Positions 1-11,863 of a DNA stretch of 64,000 nt are shown here, piece after piece. The notes beneath the pieces are model-generated. The model saw nothing but the letters and a program-made list of their open reading frames with translations. It had not been told where the DNA came from and did not search any database. Both the position numbers and the translations under genes were made by a program. Within the stretch, counting starts at the first letter, position 1, and every line of letters begins with the position of its first letter. Location: contig CM102284.1 in the NCBI GenBank assembly GCA_046563655.1, forward strand, positions 5,518,001 through 5,582,000. Direction: 5' to 3'. Source of the stretch: Yuukianura sp. NJ FZ-2021. Lineage: Eukaryota.

Positions 1-11
1 AATTTTCATAC

Positions 12-308
12 CGAAACTGCTGTTCCAGAAGGTTCAAAAGCATCCCCTGCCCCTCGCAAACCCTCAACAGTTTCGTCAATAATCAAATCCTGGAAAGCTT
101 CGTCGAGAACAGTCGCCAGCGACTGTGGAACAGCCTGATCGATACACGTTTCCGGCAAACACTTAGTTTCAAACAAAATTTCAGGCTCGGACAACTTGTA
201 CCGGAAGATGGAAGGTCCATAAGGTCCGAGTATTGGATATTTGGCATTCGGATCCCTATCTTGTGATTCGTCGTTTTGGACGTTGTCTTTACTCTGTCTA
301 GTGTCCAT
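12..308 (-). CDS. First coding exon of an unidentified gene that continues off the left edge
   Basis: ATG at 308 in AAAATG context, open frame MDTRQSKDNVQ...GTAVS, then a GTATG donor at 11-7. No family recognised. Confidence 0.5.
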
Positions 309-595
309 TTTCAAAAGATGTGTTCAAAAGGTGCACTGATGTTCGCAATCTGAAGAAACCCTGACAAAAACTTGAAATTCAATCAGTTTCAAAATTATCT
401 AAAACTTTGAACTCTCTGAAAAAGCAATGAGACAGAAAAACAAACAGAAATTGATTCATTTGTGGTTTATTTCCCTGGAAACATTTGAGCAAAATCAAAA
501 TTATGAATTAGAATTTTATACTTTTGGACTTCAAAATTTTGTAGGATTTTTGTCTTTTGTTTGAAATTTAATCGTTTGATGCTGATTGGTTGGTT

Positions 596-2575
596 TTAGT
601 AGAAGCGGAACTTGCAGTAATCTGGACGGCGTGTGTAGAACCAGTAGCGAATGGAACTCCATGGCCAGAGGGACGTAATTGCGCCGACGCAGTTGGTAAA
701 CCAGGTTCCATTTTTGCTGGTGTTCCAAATAGTTCGCTGGAACTGCAATTCAAGGTCACTCAGGAAGTCATCTTCCGCGGATTCTTCGACCTCAATGACC
801 TTGGTGCATCGTTTTGTCATTTCCTGGATGAGTTTGACAATGGCATGGACTTGGCACTCCAGAATGAACACTGATGAGTTGTGTAGGATTGTCTAGAAAC
901 AGAAAAGACAAAGTCAAGGACCACTCATTGTCCATTGAAACAGGTCAAAGGTCAATGACCTCATTTGTAAAAATAAACTTTACAGTATGTGGCCCAAGGA
1001 GGAAAAACAAGTTTGGAGTGACGGAAGTCGTGAGGCCAAAGTAAGTACGAACTCGAACGCGCGAATTTTTCCAACGACACAACAAATCCTGTGAGTACTT
1101 GTCAATAATTTTCATTGGGCCAAAGAATTCTTGACGGTTGTCTTCTGGAGCAAGAATGAGAACCTAAAAGGTAATCAGTTGCTAAATAAGTTAATCGATT
1201 AAGTAACTAACTTTATGCTGAATTTGAGTCTACTTACGTCCAACTGTGTAGTTGCATGTTCTCCACCAGATGTAGTAACTGCGCAATCGGAGATTAGTGT
1301 GATCGGTTCACAGTGGAGCATCACTTTTCCCTTTTCCAAAGCGTTGTAAAAATCGTTTGAATGCAAAATCGGTTTGAAACCAAACGGGTACTTCGGTTCC
1401 AAAAGCCAGCGGAAGCGATGGTAGCTCCCAATCTTAGCACCAATGTACTTCTGAGACAAGTAGTGAGCTAATAGCATATAAACAATTGTTAGCTACCGCT
1501 GATTTCACTTTGTTAGCCTATCTTGTTAGGTTAGGTTTTTACCGATTTGGTTAAAGAGAGAATTCTTGAGGAAGATTGGATAGTAGAAGATTTCAGTCAC
1601 ACCGAAGAGGAACCAACGCAAGATGACCAGCAGGATGTGAACTTTCTCCAAAGTCTTTTTGAAGAACATTGGAAGTTGGAACTGAAGTCTTGGTAGAATC
1701 CAAGATGGACTCTGTTGGTAGTAGTGCAGCATTTTGCATTTCGATTCAATTGCTGGAATCAACTGAACTGCTGCCAGTCCACTTCCAACGACGCCAACGA
1801 CCTTGTCCTCCAAATCAATACTGTCGTCCCATGCACGCGTATGCAAAATCGGTCCTTTAAAACTGCTGAATTCGTCCGGAACGAGAGCTTCTCGGTGAGA
1901 ACCAGTTGCGCAAATCCTAAAAAATCCAAAAACAGTTCCAAATTAACCTAAATTTCAAGAATACGACTCTTGGTTAAAGCTCACTGAACTTACGCCATGT
2001 CAAACGTTACGTATTTCATCATCGAAATTTTCTTGTTGAGTATGATGGCATTCCATTTCTTGGCTTTGGCGTCCCAGGTCAACGACTTGACCTGAGAATT
2101 GAACTTGATTGCAGAGTAGATTCCATATTTGTGAGCAATTGCTTGGAGGTATGTAGACATTTCCTTCTGGCTGGCATAATTTTCTGGCCAATCTGAAAAT
2201 ACGACATTAGACATGCGTTAGTTAGGCTAAACTTCGGTTAGGAACTGATGCGCATGCGTACCTGGCTTCAGTTCAAATGAGTACGACGACAATTGGGCCA
2301 AAGACTCCGAACAATGCCCTGGATACTTGCACAACCAACTGCCACCAACTTCTTCGTTTTCGTCAAAAATTGTGACAGAAGTGATTCCGAGTTCCGTTTT
2401 CAGTCGTATTGCTGCAAGAAGACCCGATATGCTAAGGAAGTATAAGAGAAACGATCAAGTTTTTGAAATTTTGGAATTTTTCTAGGAAATTTTGAAAATC
2501 TTACCCAGCACCAACGATACAGATTGATGGCGTGACTGTATTTCTGTGTGGAGAGTATTCATTTTCGTGGTCCAT
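596..2575 (-). CDS. Divergent Baeyer-Villiger monooxygenase-like flavoprotein (BVMO-1), 7 exons, probably catalytically altered
   Basis: Spliced ORF MDHENEY..ICIVGAG|ISG; BVMO fingerprint FKGPILHTRAWD; second Rossmann VVGSGLAA; C-terminal TWFTNCVGAITSLWP. Intron positions match the two paralogs. Confidence 0.85.
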
Positions 2576-2979
2576 TTTCAAAATTTGAAATTGTCCAAAA
2601 AGTGGTGCTTTTAGAAGCAAAATGGCTGCACTGTTGCTGCGAACTGCTGCTGCCTTTTCTCCTCCGAATGGTTTGAAAATGGCGACTCAACTTTGCAGCC
2701 TTGCCAGCTACTACTGCATTGTTCAACCTTTGTTCAACATTTTCATCAAAAGTACTGAAAAATTGGTTCCTATAGTGACAGTTATTATTTAATTTTATTT
2801 CTGAAGACTAAAAATCAAGAAATTGACTTGGAATAGTTGGACTTCGGTTTTTTGAGCATAGTGAACGCCCCAAAAAATTTCAAACAATCGGTAAATCGCA
2901 GTTATCCGTGTACTACATAGTTTAGAAATCATGTTGGGTGTTTGATTCATTTAAAATCTTTACGCTAGTAAAATTTAAA

Positions 2980-5126
2980 TTATTTTGAGCCTTTCGTATA
3001 AAATTTGAAATTGTCAAAATTTGGAGATCTGGTTTCCCACCAGTACTTGATGCAATTGTAGGGCCAGAGGACAGTAATGATTCCTTGAGCATTGGCATAC
3101 CACGATCCGCAATTTTCATTACCCCAAACAGTCGCCTTCATTCCGGTATTAACCGAATCATGAAAAGCATCTTCCGCTGATGCCTTGAGTTCAATAACTT
3201 TAGCATCTCTCTTCAACATTTCCTTAATCAGTTCAATAGCACAGTTCATCTGACATTCAATCATAAACACAACTGAATTATGTCCAAGTCCCTGTTTAAA
3301 AAAAGTCAAGCACTTCAGTTTCTAAACTTTTCAAATTCCAGATTTCCAAATTTTGATCTTACGGTGTTTGGTCCAAGAAGAATAAATTGATTTGGTGCAA
3401 GCGTGCCCATGATGCCATAGTACGATTTTGGATAAGAACTTGTCCATTCGTCCATAATGTTGACCTTGTTTTTGCCAATAATGACCAGTGGTGCGAAGAA
3501 ATTTTGAACTTGGTAACCAGTTGCTAAGACCAAGAGCTATGAGCACAAAAAATTCAAAATTTTGAAGCACTGTGCCCAAATTTCATGAATTTTTGAAACT
3601 TACGTCCAACTTTTGCTCTCCTTTGTCAGTCACAATTGAATTGTCCTTGACTTTAACAATTGGTTCAAGATGCAGGTTCACATTAGGCTGTTTCATCGCA
3701 GGATAATATTCGTTCGAAACGACAATTCTCTTGCAACCGACTTTGTATTTTGGAGTGAGTTCTTCCCGCAATTTTTCATTTTCTGGAACAGATTTCTTCA
3801 AAAATCGTAGTGCCGTTCTTGTTGCTAAAATTCACAAAAACAGAAATAAGACTTTGAACTTTTCTTGAAAATTTAGATTTTTTTCACTTACAAAATCGAT
3901 TGAAGCGACTTCCATGAAGAAACGAGTTATGGAAAAGGTCACGGAACAGAAAAATGAAACAGCGGAAGAAGAACATCAGAAATGGAACGTAGGCAAATAG
4001 AAATTTGAGCCACGATGGAATTGCAAATTGAATTCGCGGCATGACCCAAGCGGGTTTCCTTTGATAACAGTGCAGTTCCTTGGCTGTAGCTGCCAATTTC
4101 GGAATGACCTGAATAGCCGATGAGCCGCTACCGATGACCCCTACGACCTTGTCATCCCATTCTACTGATTGGTCCCACGCTGCAGTATGAACTACTTGGC
4201 CCTTGAAGGACTCAAACTCCTTCGGAACATTCGGAAGGCGAAGGGCTCCAGGTGAATTGATTCTAAAAAACGAAAGTTGAATATTAAACACCATCGAAGA
4301 ATTTGAGGAAAAACCATACGCAGATATTTAACCAAGTGCGTTAGGTTTTTTAATTTCAAAGCGAATTAGAAAGTTGCGAACTTTCTTTTGGTAGAAATGC
4401 AATCTGGATTTTACAATTTTTTAATCTAATTGTATTAAAAATTTTGAATTTTTGTTTGAATCTTACGTAACATCGAATAGCCGCTCTTCGGTAGTTTTTT
4501 CCACTTTGTTGAAGATGACGACCCTCCATTTGGAAATTTTTTCGTCCCAGGTCAAGCTCTTGACCTGAGAATTGAACTCAATTTTTCTGTAGAGGTCGTA
4601 CTTTTTTGCCACGTTTTGCAAATAGGCCCAGATTTCTTTTTGCGGAGAGTACAGATACGACCAGTCTAAATGCAAAATTTTAAAAGTGAGGTGGGTCAAG
4701 CGTCAATTTTTTACTAAAAGTTGAAGGTTTGCCTTGAATTTAGTTTAATTGGACTTACTTGGATTTGGTTCAAATGAATACGAGTAGAGATGGGACTGCA
4801 CGTCACACGCACAGCCTGGATAAGTATTCACAAGCCACGTCCCACCTACGTCAGCATTTTCGTCAAAAATTGTGAAAGTTTCCAAATTCAATTTCCTCCG
4901 CAGCTGAATTCCAGCTAGCAGTCCGGAAAATCTGAAAACCAAAATCATAATTATTTAAAAAATCAAACGTAAAATGCTTTCATTTCCAAATTCTTTGCAC
5001 AAAAATTGTCCCGTTATGCTAGTAAATACTCGAATCTAATCTGAAGCACCCCATACGTCTTTCTTACCCAGCTCCAACAATGCAAATTTCCGGAGTTGTC
5101 CCATTGGAATATGTTGGTTTGCCCAT
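2980..5126 (-). CDS. Baeyer-Villiger monooxygenase (BVMO-2), 7 exons
   Basis: [35 protein letters not shown] fingerprint, [28 protein letters not shown] introns; approximate exons 5126-5068, 4930-4759, 4665-4467, 4262-3891, 3825-3604, 3536-3363, 3291-2980. Confidence 0.93.
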
Positions 5127-5809
5127 AGTAGTTCCAGTTATGCCAATTTTCGTTAACTGCTACTATGGTTAGTTTGCTACTGACATATAATAGGCTGGTT
5201 CGTGTCTGTTTCTAAAGTACTTTTAAAGTGTTTTAGATAAAAAATTTTAGCTCGTGTTGCCTTAAGCTTCAATGTCACTGCAATTTGGCATGTGACTATA
5301 CGGCGAATGGCACTGTTAAGGCTTGACGTTATTTATTTGCAGACTTGCGCTCGTGTGGTGGCCACAGTTTAATCCAAAGTTCACTTCAACGTGGGTGCAT
5401 TACGTAGGTGTCACGTAGTGTACGAACCATGAGTGAAGTTTCTAAACAATTTCAAACTAAATTCTGATAATCTTAAAAGATTAATTGAATTCCATGGGGG
5501 TGTGAATGTGATGGGAACTGAAAAAATTGGATGTGAACTTTCATTAGGTTGGGATATAAAGTTAGGATTTGTGCACCCTCATCGTATACTTACATTTCTG
5601 TAGAAATTGGTCATAAACATTACGTAGGGTCAATTTTTTCTAATATATAAAAAGTACAAAATAAGTCATAGTGATGCTGAACTTTTTGCTGTTTCCCTCG
5701 ATAAGCTTTCTGGAAGTGGAATTAACGTATCCAAACCAGTTTTTGGCATTTTATTTTATTTCTCTATTCCCGAACTAATGAATTAGTAAAATCTGTATAA
5801 AATTTTAGT

Positions 5810-7975
5810 CTAAAATTTTGAGCCTTTTGTATAAAATTGGAAATTGTCAAAATTTGGAGATCTGGTTTCCCACCAGTACTTGATGCAATTGTAGGGCCAG
5901 AGGGCAGTAATGATTCCTTGAGCATTGGCATACCAAGATCCGCAACTTTCATTACCCCAAACAGTCGCCTTCATTCCGGTGTTAACCGAATCATAAAACG
6001 CATCTTCCGCTGAAGTCTTGAGTTCAACAACCTTAGCATCTCTCCTCAACATTTCCTTAATCAGTTCACTTGTATAGTTCATCTGACATTCAATCATAAA
6101 CACAGCTGAATTGTGTCCAAGTCCCTGTTATGAAAAGCCAAAAGGTTAAGTTTCCAAACTTTCCTAATTTTGCAAGTTTAAGTTTTTAGAATTTTGAGCT
6201 TACGGTATTTGGCCCAAGAAGAATAAATTGATTTGGCGCAAGTGTGCCCATGATGCCATAGTACGATTTTGGATAAGAACTTGTCCATTCGTCCATAATA
6301 TTCACCTTGTTTTTGCCAATAATAACCAGTGGTTTGAAGAAATTTTGAACTTGGTAACCAGTAGCTAGGACCAAGAGCTATGAACGAAAAAAAATTCAAA
6401 ATTTTCACTTCTTGTTTCGGAATTTCACAAATTTTGGAAACTTACGTCTAACTTTTGTTCTCCTTTCTCAGTCACAATTGAATTGTCCTTGACTTTAACA
6501 ATTGGTTCAAGATGGAGGTGCACATTAGGCTGTTTCATCGCAGGATAATATTCGTTCGAAACGACAATTCTCTTGCATCCGACTTTATATTTTGGAGTGA
6601 GTTCTTCCCGCAATTTTTCATTTTCTGGAACAGATTTCTTCAAAAATCGTAGTCCATTTCTTGTTGCTAAAATTCATAGAAAAAAATAAAATAAGACCGT
6701 TTTTTTGTTTTTCCGAAAATTTAGAATTTTGCGACTTACCAATTCGGCTGAGGAGAGTCCCATTTAGAAACGCGCTATGGATGAGTTCATGGGACAGAAA
6801 AATGAAACAGCGGAAGATGAGCATCAGAAATGGAACGTAGGCAAACAGGAATTTCAGCCAAGATGGAATTGGAAATTGAATTTGCGGCATGACCCAAGCG
6901 GGTTTCCTTTGATAACAGTGCAGTTCCCTGGCTGTAGCTGCCAGTTTCGGAATGACCTGGATAGCCGATGACCCGCTACCGATGACCCCTACGACCTTGT
7001 CCTCCCATTCTACTGATTGGTCCCACGCTGCAGTATGAACTACTTGTCCCTTGAAGGACTCAAACTCCTTCGGAACATTTGGAAGGCGAAGGGCTCCCGG
7101 TGAATTGATACTAAAAAGTAAAAATTTGAAAAATTATATATTAAAAACCATCGAAAAATTTGAGCAAAAACGCAACGCTGATATTAAACCTAGGACGGTA
7201 GGTATTTTGATTTCAAAGCGAATTAGAAAGTTGCGAACTTTCTTTTAGTAGAAATGCAATCTGGATTTTGAAATTAAGTTTGCAATTTTTTTTTGGAATT
7301 TTACATTGAATCTTACACAAGATCAAACAGCCGCTCCTCAGTTGTTTTTTCGACTTTGTTGAATATGACGACCCTCCATTTCGAAATTTGCTCATCCCAG
7401 GTCAAGCTCTTGATTTGCGAATTGAACTCAATCTTCCTGTAGAGGTCGTACTTTTTAGCAACGTTTTGCAAATAGGCCCAGATTTCTTTTTGCGGAGAGT
7501 ATAGATACGACCAGTCTAAATGCAAAAGTTAGGAGTGTCAAAGGTGAGTTTTTTTAGTAAGTTGAAGGTTGGCCTTGAATTTAGTTTAATTGGACTTGCT
7601 TGGATTTGGTTCAAATGAATACGAGTAGAGATGGGATTGGACATCACACGCACAGCCTGGATAAGTATTCACAAGCCACGTCCCACCTACGTCAGCATTT
7701 TCGTCAAAAATTGTGAACGTTTCCAAATTCAATTTCTTGCGCAACTGAATTCCAGCTAGCAGTCCGGAAAATCTGTAAAACAAAATCCCAATCTTCTTAA
7801 AATAAAATTTCGGAAAAATGCTTTCATTTGGATTGGAAATCTTTTGCAAAAAATTTTCGGGTTAGTCTAGTCTAGTAAATATTCGAATCTAATCTGAAGC
7901 AAGCCATATGTCTTACCCAGCGCCAACAACGCAAATTTCCGGAGTTGTCCCATTGGAATATGTTGGTTTGCCCAT
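5810..7975 (-). CDS. Baeyer-Villiger monooxygenase (BVMO-3), recent tandem duplicate of BVMO-2
   Basis: Same motifs and exon structure; near-identical protein to BVMO-2 ([20 protein letters not shown] start). Confidence 0.93.
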
Positions 7976-9173
7976 AGTAGTTCCAGTTGTGCCGAATTTT
8001 AGTTAACTGCGACTGTAGTTAGTTTGCTACTGACATATAATAGGCTGGTTCGTCTCTGTTTCTAAAGTATTTTTAGTGTTTCTTAGTTCGTGTTGCCCTA
8101 AGCGTCAATGTCACTGCAATTTGGGATGTGACTATACAGCGAATGGCACTGCTAAGGTTTGGCGTTATTTTTTTGCAGACTTTCCCCGCATGAGGTGGCC
8201 ACAGTTTAATCCAAAGTTCAATTCACTTCAACCTAAATGCATTACGTAAGTGTTAAATACCACACGAAGCATGAGTGAAGTTTCTACACAATTTAGAAAT
8301 AAACTTTGATAATCTCACCTGATTAATTGAATTTCATGATGACGGTGTGATGGGAACTGAAAGAATTGGATGTACATAGGGTTGGGATGTAAAGCTTAGT
8401 TGAGTACAATAGGATTTGTGCACCCTCAAGACTCAAAAGTATGCTCAAATTTCTGTAGAAATTGGTCATATAATATGTACTACTTAGGGTCAGTGCTTTC
8501 TAATATAAAAAGTCCTGAGCAAGTCATAGTCATATTGTTTGTCTTGTTGTTTTCCTTGTAACCTCTCGAGAAGCTCACGGAAAGTGGGATAACAACACGA
8601 GGCAATTTGGACACTCAACTTGTCCAACCAGTTTCTGGCATTTGATTTTTTAACAAATAACAAAGTGGCAAATGAGTTTCTGTGTGAAAAGTTTATGAGA
8701 CTTTGCAAATTTTTCTATTGTTTTTCTCAAACGGTAACGCTACTGTAAATAATTCTGAGTATTTTGATTGAAATTTCACGTAAAAGTTAGTTTCATTCTG
8801 TAAAAGTCGTTGGCACTTTCTCTCAAGAAAAGCAGGGATTGTATTATGACAGTCGCCAGTTTGAAACTTTCTCCAGGTTTTTCTTATTATATTTTTTAAA
8901 CTAATTTTTGTATCTGTTCAATCCGACTTTCATTAAATTCAGTTCTAAAGCACAAATATAAAATAGTAAGGTAGGTGTTGTTTTTCCTTTTGATTTTTTT
9001 TATTGTAAGAATTTGACGCAATATGTATTTCAAGGAGCAAAAAATCTCATCGTATTCTTTAATTTGCATTTCTTAGTATTAGATAGCTTCATCTTTATTA
9101 TTTTTCAGATTTGTTCAAGGCCAGTACCTATTGTTTTCTTCGTAGTATTCAATTCATGAGTAACAAAAAAAAA

Positions 9174-9619
9174 TTATGATCGCGTAAGGGCCGCTTCACC
9201 TTCATCCACTACAAGAGACTCTGCAAACGTGAAAAAAAAAACAATTTTCAGAACAAAAATTGTATGATTTTTGCATACGGGCAAAGTGAATTTTGTGGAC
9301 ATCATTTGAATTTGAATTTAAGAAACTAAATTTCAAAAAGTGAGTTACCTGGCACTGTGGTTGGAATGAAAACCGGACCTGGTTTAAGTCTGATCTGCAC
9401 TGGAAACGTTCCTTCAGCATTAGTGATGAATCCACCTTTGTTGGTTTCATCTTCTTCCAGAACATTTCCTGCCTTCTTTATTCCAAATTCATCCCCATTC
9501 TTTTCAAAATAAGAACCATTACGAGATTGAAAGTTATCAACTGGTGCTCCATTAGAACAATTTTCACCAAAAATTATAACAAGAAGAAGAAAGCCTCCCA
9601 AAAACGTAAATGAATACAT
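9174..9619 (-). CDS. Small secreted orphan protein (about 105 aa), 2 exons
   Basis: Signal peptide MYSFTFLGGFLLLVIIFGENCSNG; exon 9619-9349 with GTAAC donor; phase-compatible exon 9220-9174 (ESLVVDEGEAALTRS*). Confidence 0.6.
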
Positions 9620-9944
9620 TCTCAAATTAGCAAATTTTAACAATGTGTATAAATGTACTGCTGAAGTGAAACTAAAATTCACGGAATTTGATTTTCAATT
9701 GAATTTGATCACCGTCGCAAATTGGAAGTGAATCAACCTAAAACCGGTTTTCATTATGCTCCGTTTCAAAAATATATGCGTTCTGTGTATTTCTCTGGTC
9801 CCCGCTCCTCCTCTACTAAAACAAAATGAAAGACTCTTTCTCTTGCTAAGAAAAACGAAAACTGAAAGTGTAAGAATTTCCTGTTGATTTTTTTCGACAT
9901 TTTTTTGCAAAAGTGTTTCTTGGAGGAAAACCCAACGCATGGTT

Positions 9945-11863
9945 CTACTTTAGTTGGCAAATATCAGGCTGCAAATTTAGGTTTTTCGGCAGGAATTTTC
10001 GACGATGTTTGAAATTATGCAGTATATAGAAGGTAGAGTCAGGTACAGAACTTCTGGTGTGACGGTTAAGGTGGTTTCTGGAGTGGCACCAGCTTCGGTA
10101 AGCTAGGTTGAGCAGAAGAGTGTAGATCAGAACGACAGTTGACCCAGTTGTTTTGCTCTGTTTGCTTGTTGGATCAATTAGTTGTTCAACTCTTGACTTG
10201 GTACCATTCTTGATACAGTACATGCCCTTCTTTACCGGATCTTTCTAGACAGTGAGAGACAGAATCACAAAAGTTAAAAGTTTAGCATTACCATAAGTTC
10301 AACACAACATTAGTTCAACCAATACGAAGAAATCTTACGACTGTCGGTAAATCTCCGTAAGTTTCGATTGCACATATCGATCCATCAACACAGTAGTCTT
10401 TTCCATTTTTATATCCACTGTAGAAGAACACTGTTCCACGAGTTTGGAACTTGGAGCAAGGCACTTTGAAGTCCAGTTGGTACCCATGTGACTTAGTTTT
10501 GTTTGGAACGCAGACATCACAGGGATGTGAAAATTGAATTGAACAGCTTCGATTGGTCAAACTAGTCCCGGGTAAGTGGCGAGGCTTGTCCCACGGAATG
10601 TACACAGGAGGAGTACAGCCACAGTATGGTTCCATTCCAGGAGAACCCGGGTCAGTGATACAGCTTAAGCCCAGCTGAGTCCGACAAAAGAGTCTACGAA
10701 ACAAAGTTGAATCAGAAATTGCAATTTTGAAACCGATATCAAACTCACCGCTGCTCCTCACGTATCGTAGTCACAAATTTTTTAAATCGGGGAGAATATA
10801 GAAGATTTACCCGGGCACGGTCGCTTGAGTAATTCGAAATCAAGTTGAGGTACTTGTTTGTGTAGTAATCCAACTCTGCCTGTCTACGTGTACTTCGATT
10901 GCTTCTTGGTGCTTGAGCAACATCACATGGACCGGATGGTAATGCGTCTCCATTGTCATCGACTAAGCCTCGACGATACAATATTCTAAACTCTGCTTCA
11001 AAGTCCATCATCATTAGTTCCAGTTGCGGCCATGAGCCATTGGGTTTACACGATCCGTATTTGCAAATTAAGGGGATCGCAGTCGTGGTGGTCGGAGTAG
11101 TTGTCGTCGTCGTCGTCGTAGGACGTTTCGTCGTCGTCCTCCTACGTCTTTTCCTTGTGGTCGGAGTAGGTGTCGTAGTCGTTGTCATGTTAGTAGGTGG
11201 TGGAAGTGTCGTCGTCATGTTAGAAGGTGGTGGAGGCGTCGTCATGTTAATAGGTGGTGGAGGCGTTGTCGTCATGTTAGCAGGTGGTGGAGGTGTTGCC
11301 GTCATGTTAGCAGGTGGTGGTGTTGCCGTCGTGTTAGTAGGTGGTGCACGCGGCGTCGTCATGTTAGCAGGTGGTGGAGGTGTTGCCGTCATGTTAGCAG
11401 GTGGTGGAGGTGTTGCCGTCATGTTAGTAGGTGGTGGACGCGTCGTCGTCATGTTAGCAGGTGGTGGTGGAGGTCTCGTAGGACGGCCTTTCTTCTTCTT
11501 ACTCTCAATAAATGGTGGAGCTGTCGTCGGGTTACCAATTTGTCGTTTTACCAAAGATCTCGTCGTCGTCGTCAAACTAGTAGTTGGTGTCGTTACGACC
11601 GTAGTAACAAGCTTAGTTGTTCCCGGCTGCTTAGTAGGTTGAGCACTTGGAAGTGTACTTTACGTCAGCAACACATGGGATACAACATTCAAAAATCAAA
11701 ATTCAACTGGTTTTGTATCGTGGAGTAACAACCGTATATTAGCTGTACAAGTATAAACATACGTCAATCCTTGTCCTTGGATGCCTTCTGGACGATCTCC
11801 TACGAAGATCACAGCCACAAACATCAATGTCAAGGAGGCCAACCTGTCTGGAATACGGTACAT
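9945..11863 (-). CDS. Mucin-like Pro/Thr-rich secreted or membrane protein with Cys-rich C-terminal region, 4 exons
   Basis: Exons 11863-11763 (signal peptide), 11657-10749 (PT repeats), 10693-10339 (Cys-rich), about 10244-9945 (hydrophobic VVLIYTLLLNLAY); splice phases are compatible. Confidence 0.72.
11180..11470 (-). repeat. Coding minisatellite, 27-30 bp unit, about 9-10 copies, encoding PPPP(A/T)NMT(A/T)T
   Basis: Repeated gtcatgttagcaggtggtggaggtgttgcc on the + strand. Confidence 0.9.

Larger units (their letters stand above)
2960..8650. repeat. Tandem segmental duplication (about 2.85 kb unit) covering BVMO-2 and BVMO-3 plus upstream regions
   Basis: Exons, introns and about 600 bp of upstream DNA (5127-5760 vs 7976-8650) align visibly. 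Confidence 0.85.

Noticed and set aside
596-7975. BVMO fragments as frameshifted pseudogenes or bacterial contamination
   Set aside because: Breaks coincide with GT-AG introns at shared positions and compatible phases.
11180-11470. Regular 30-bp repeats as a possible CRISPR array
   Set aside because: No unique spacers, in-frame coding repeat, eukaryotic context.
10953-11642. 229-aa Val/Gly-rich + strand ORF
   Set aside because: Antisense shadow of the Pro/Thr repeat exon; no independent support.
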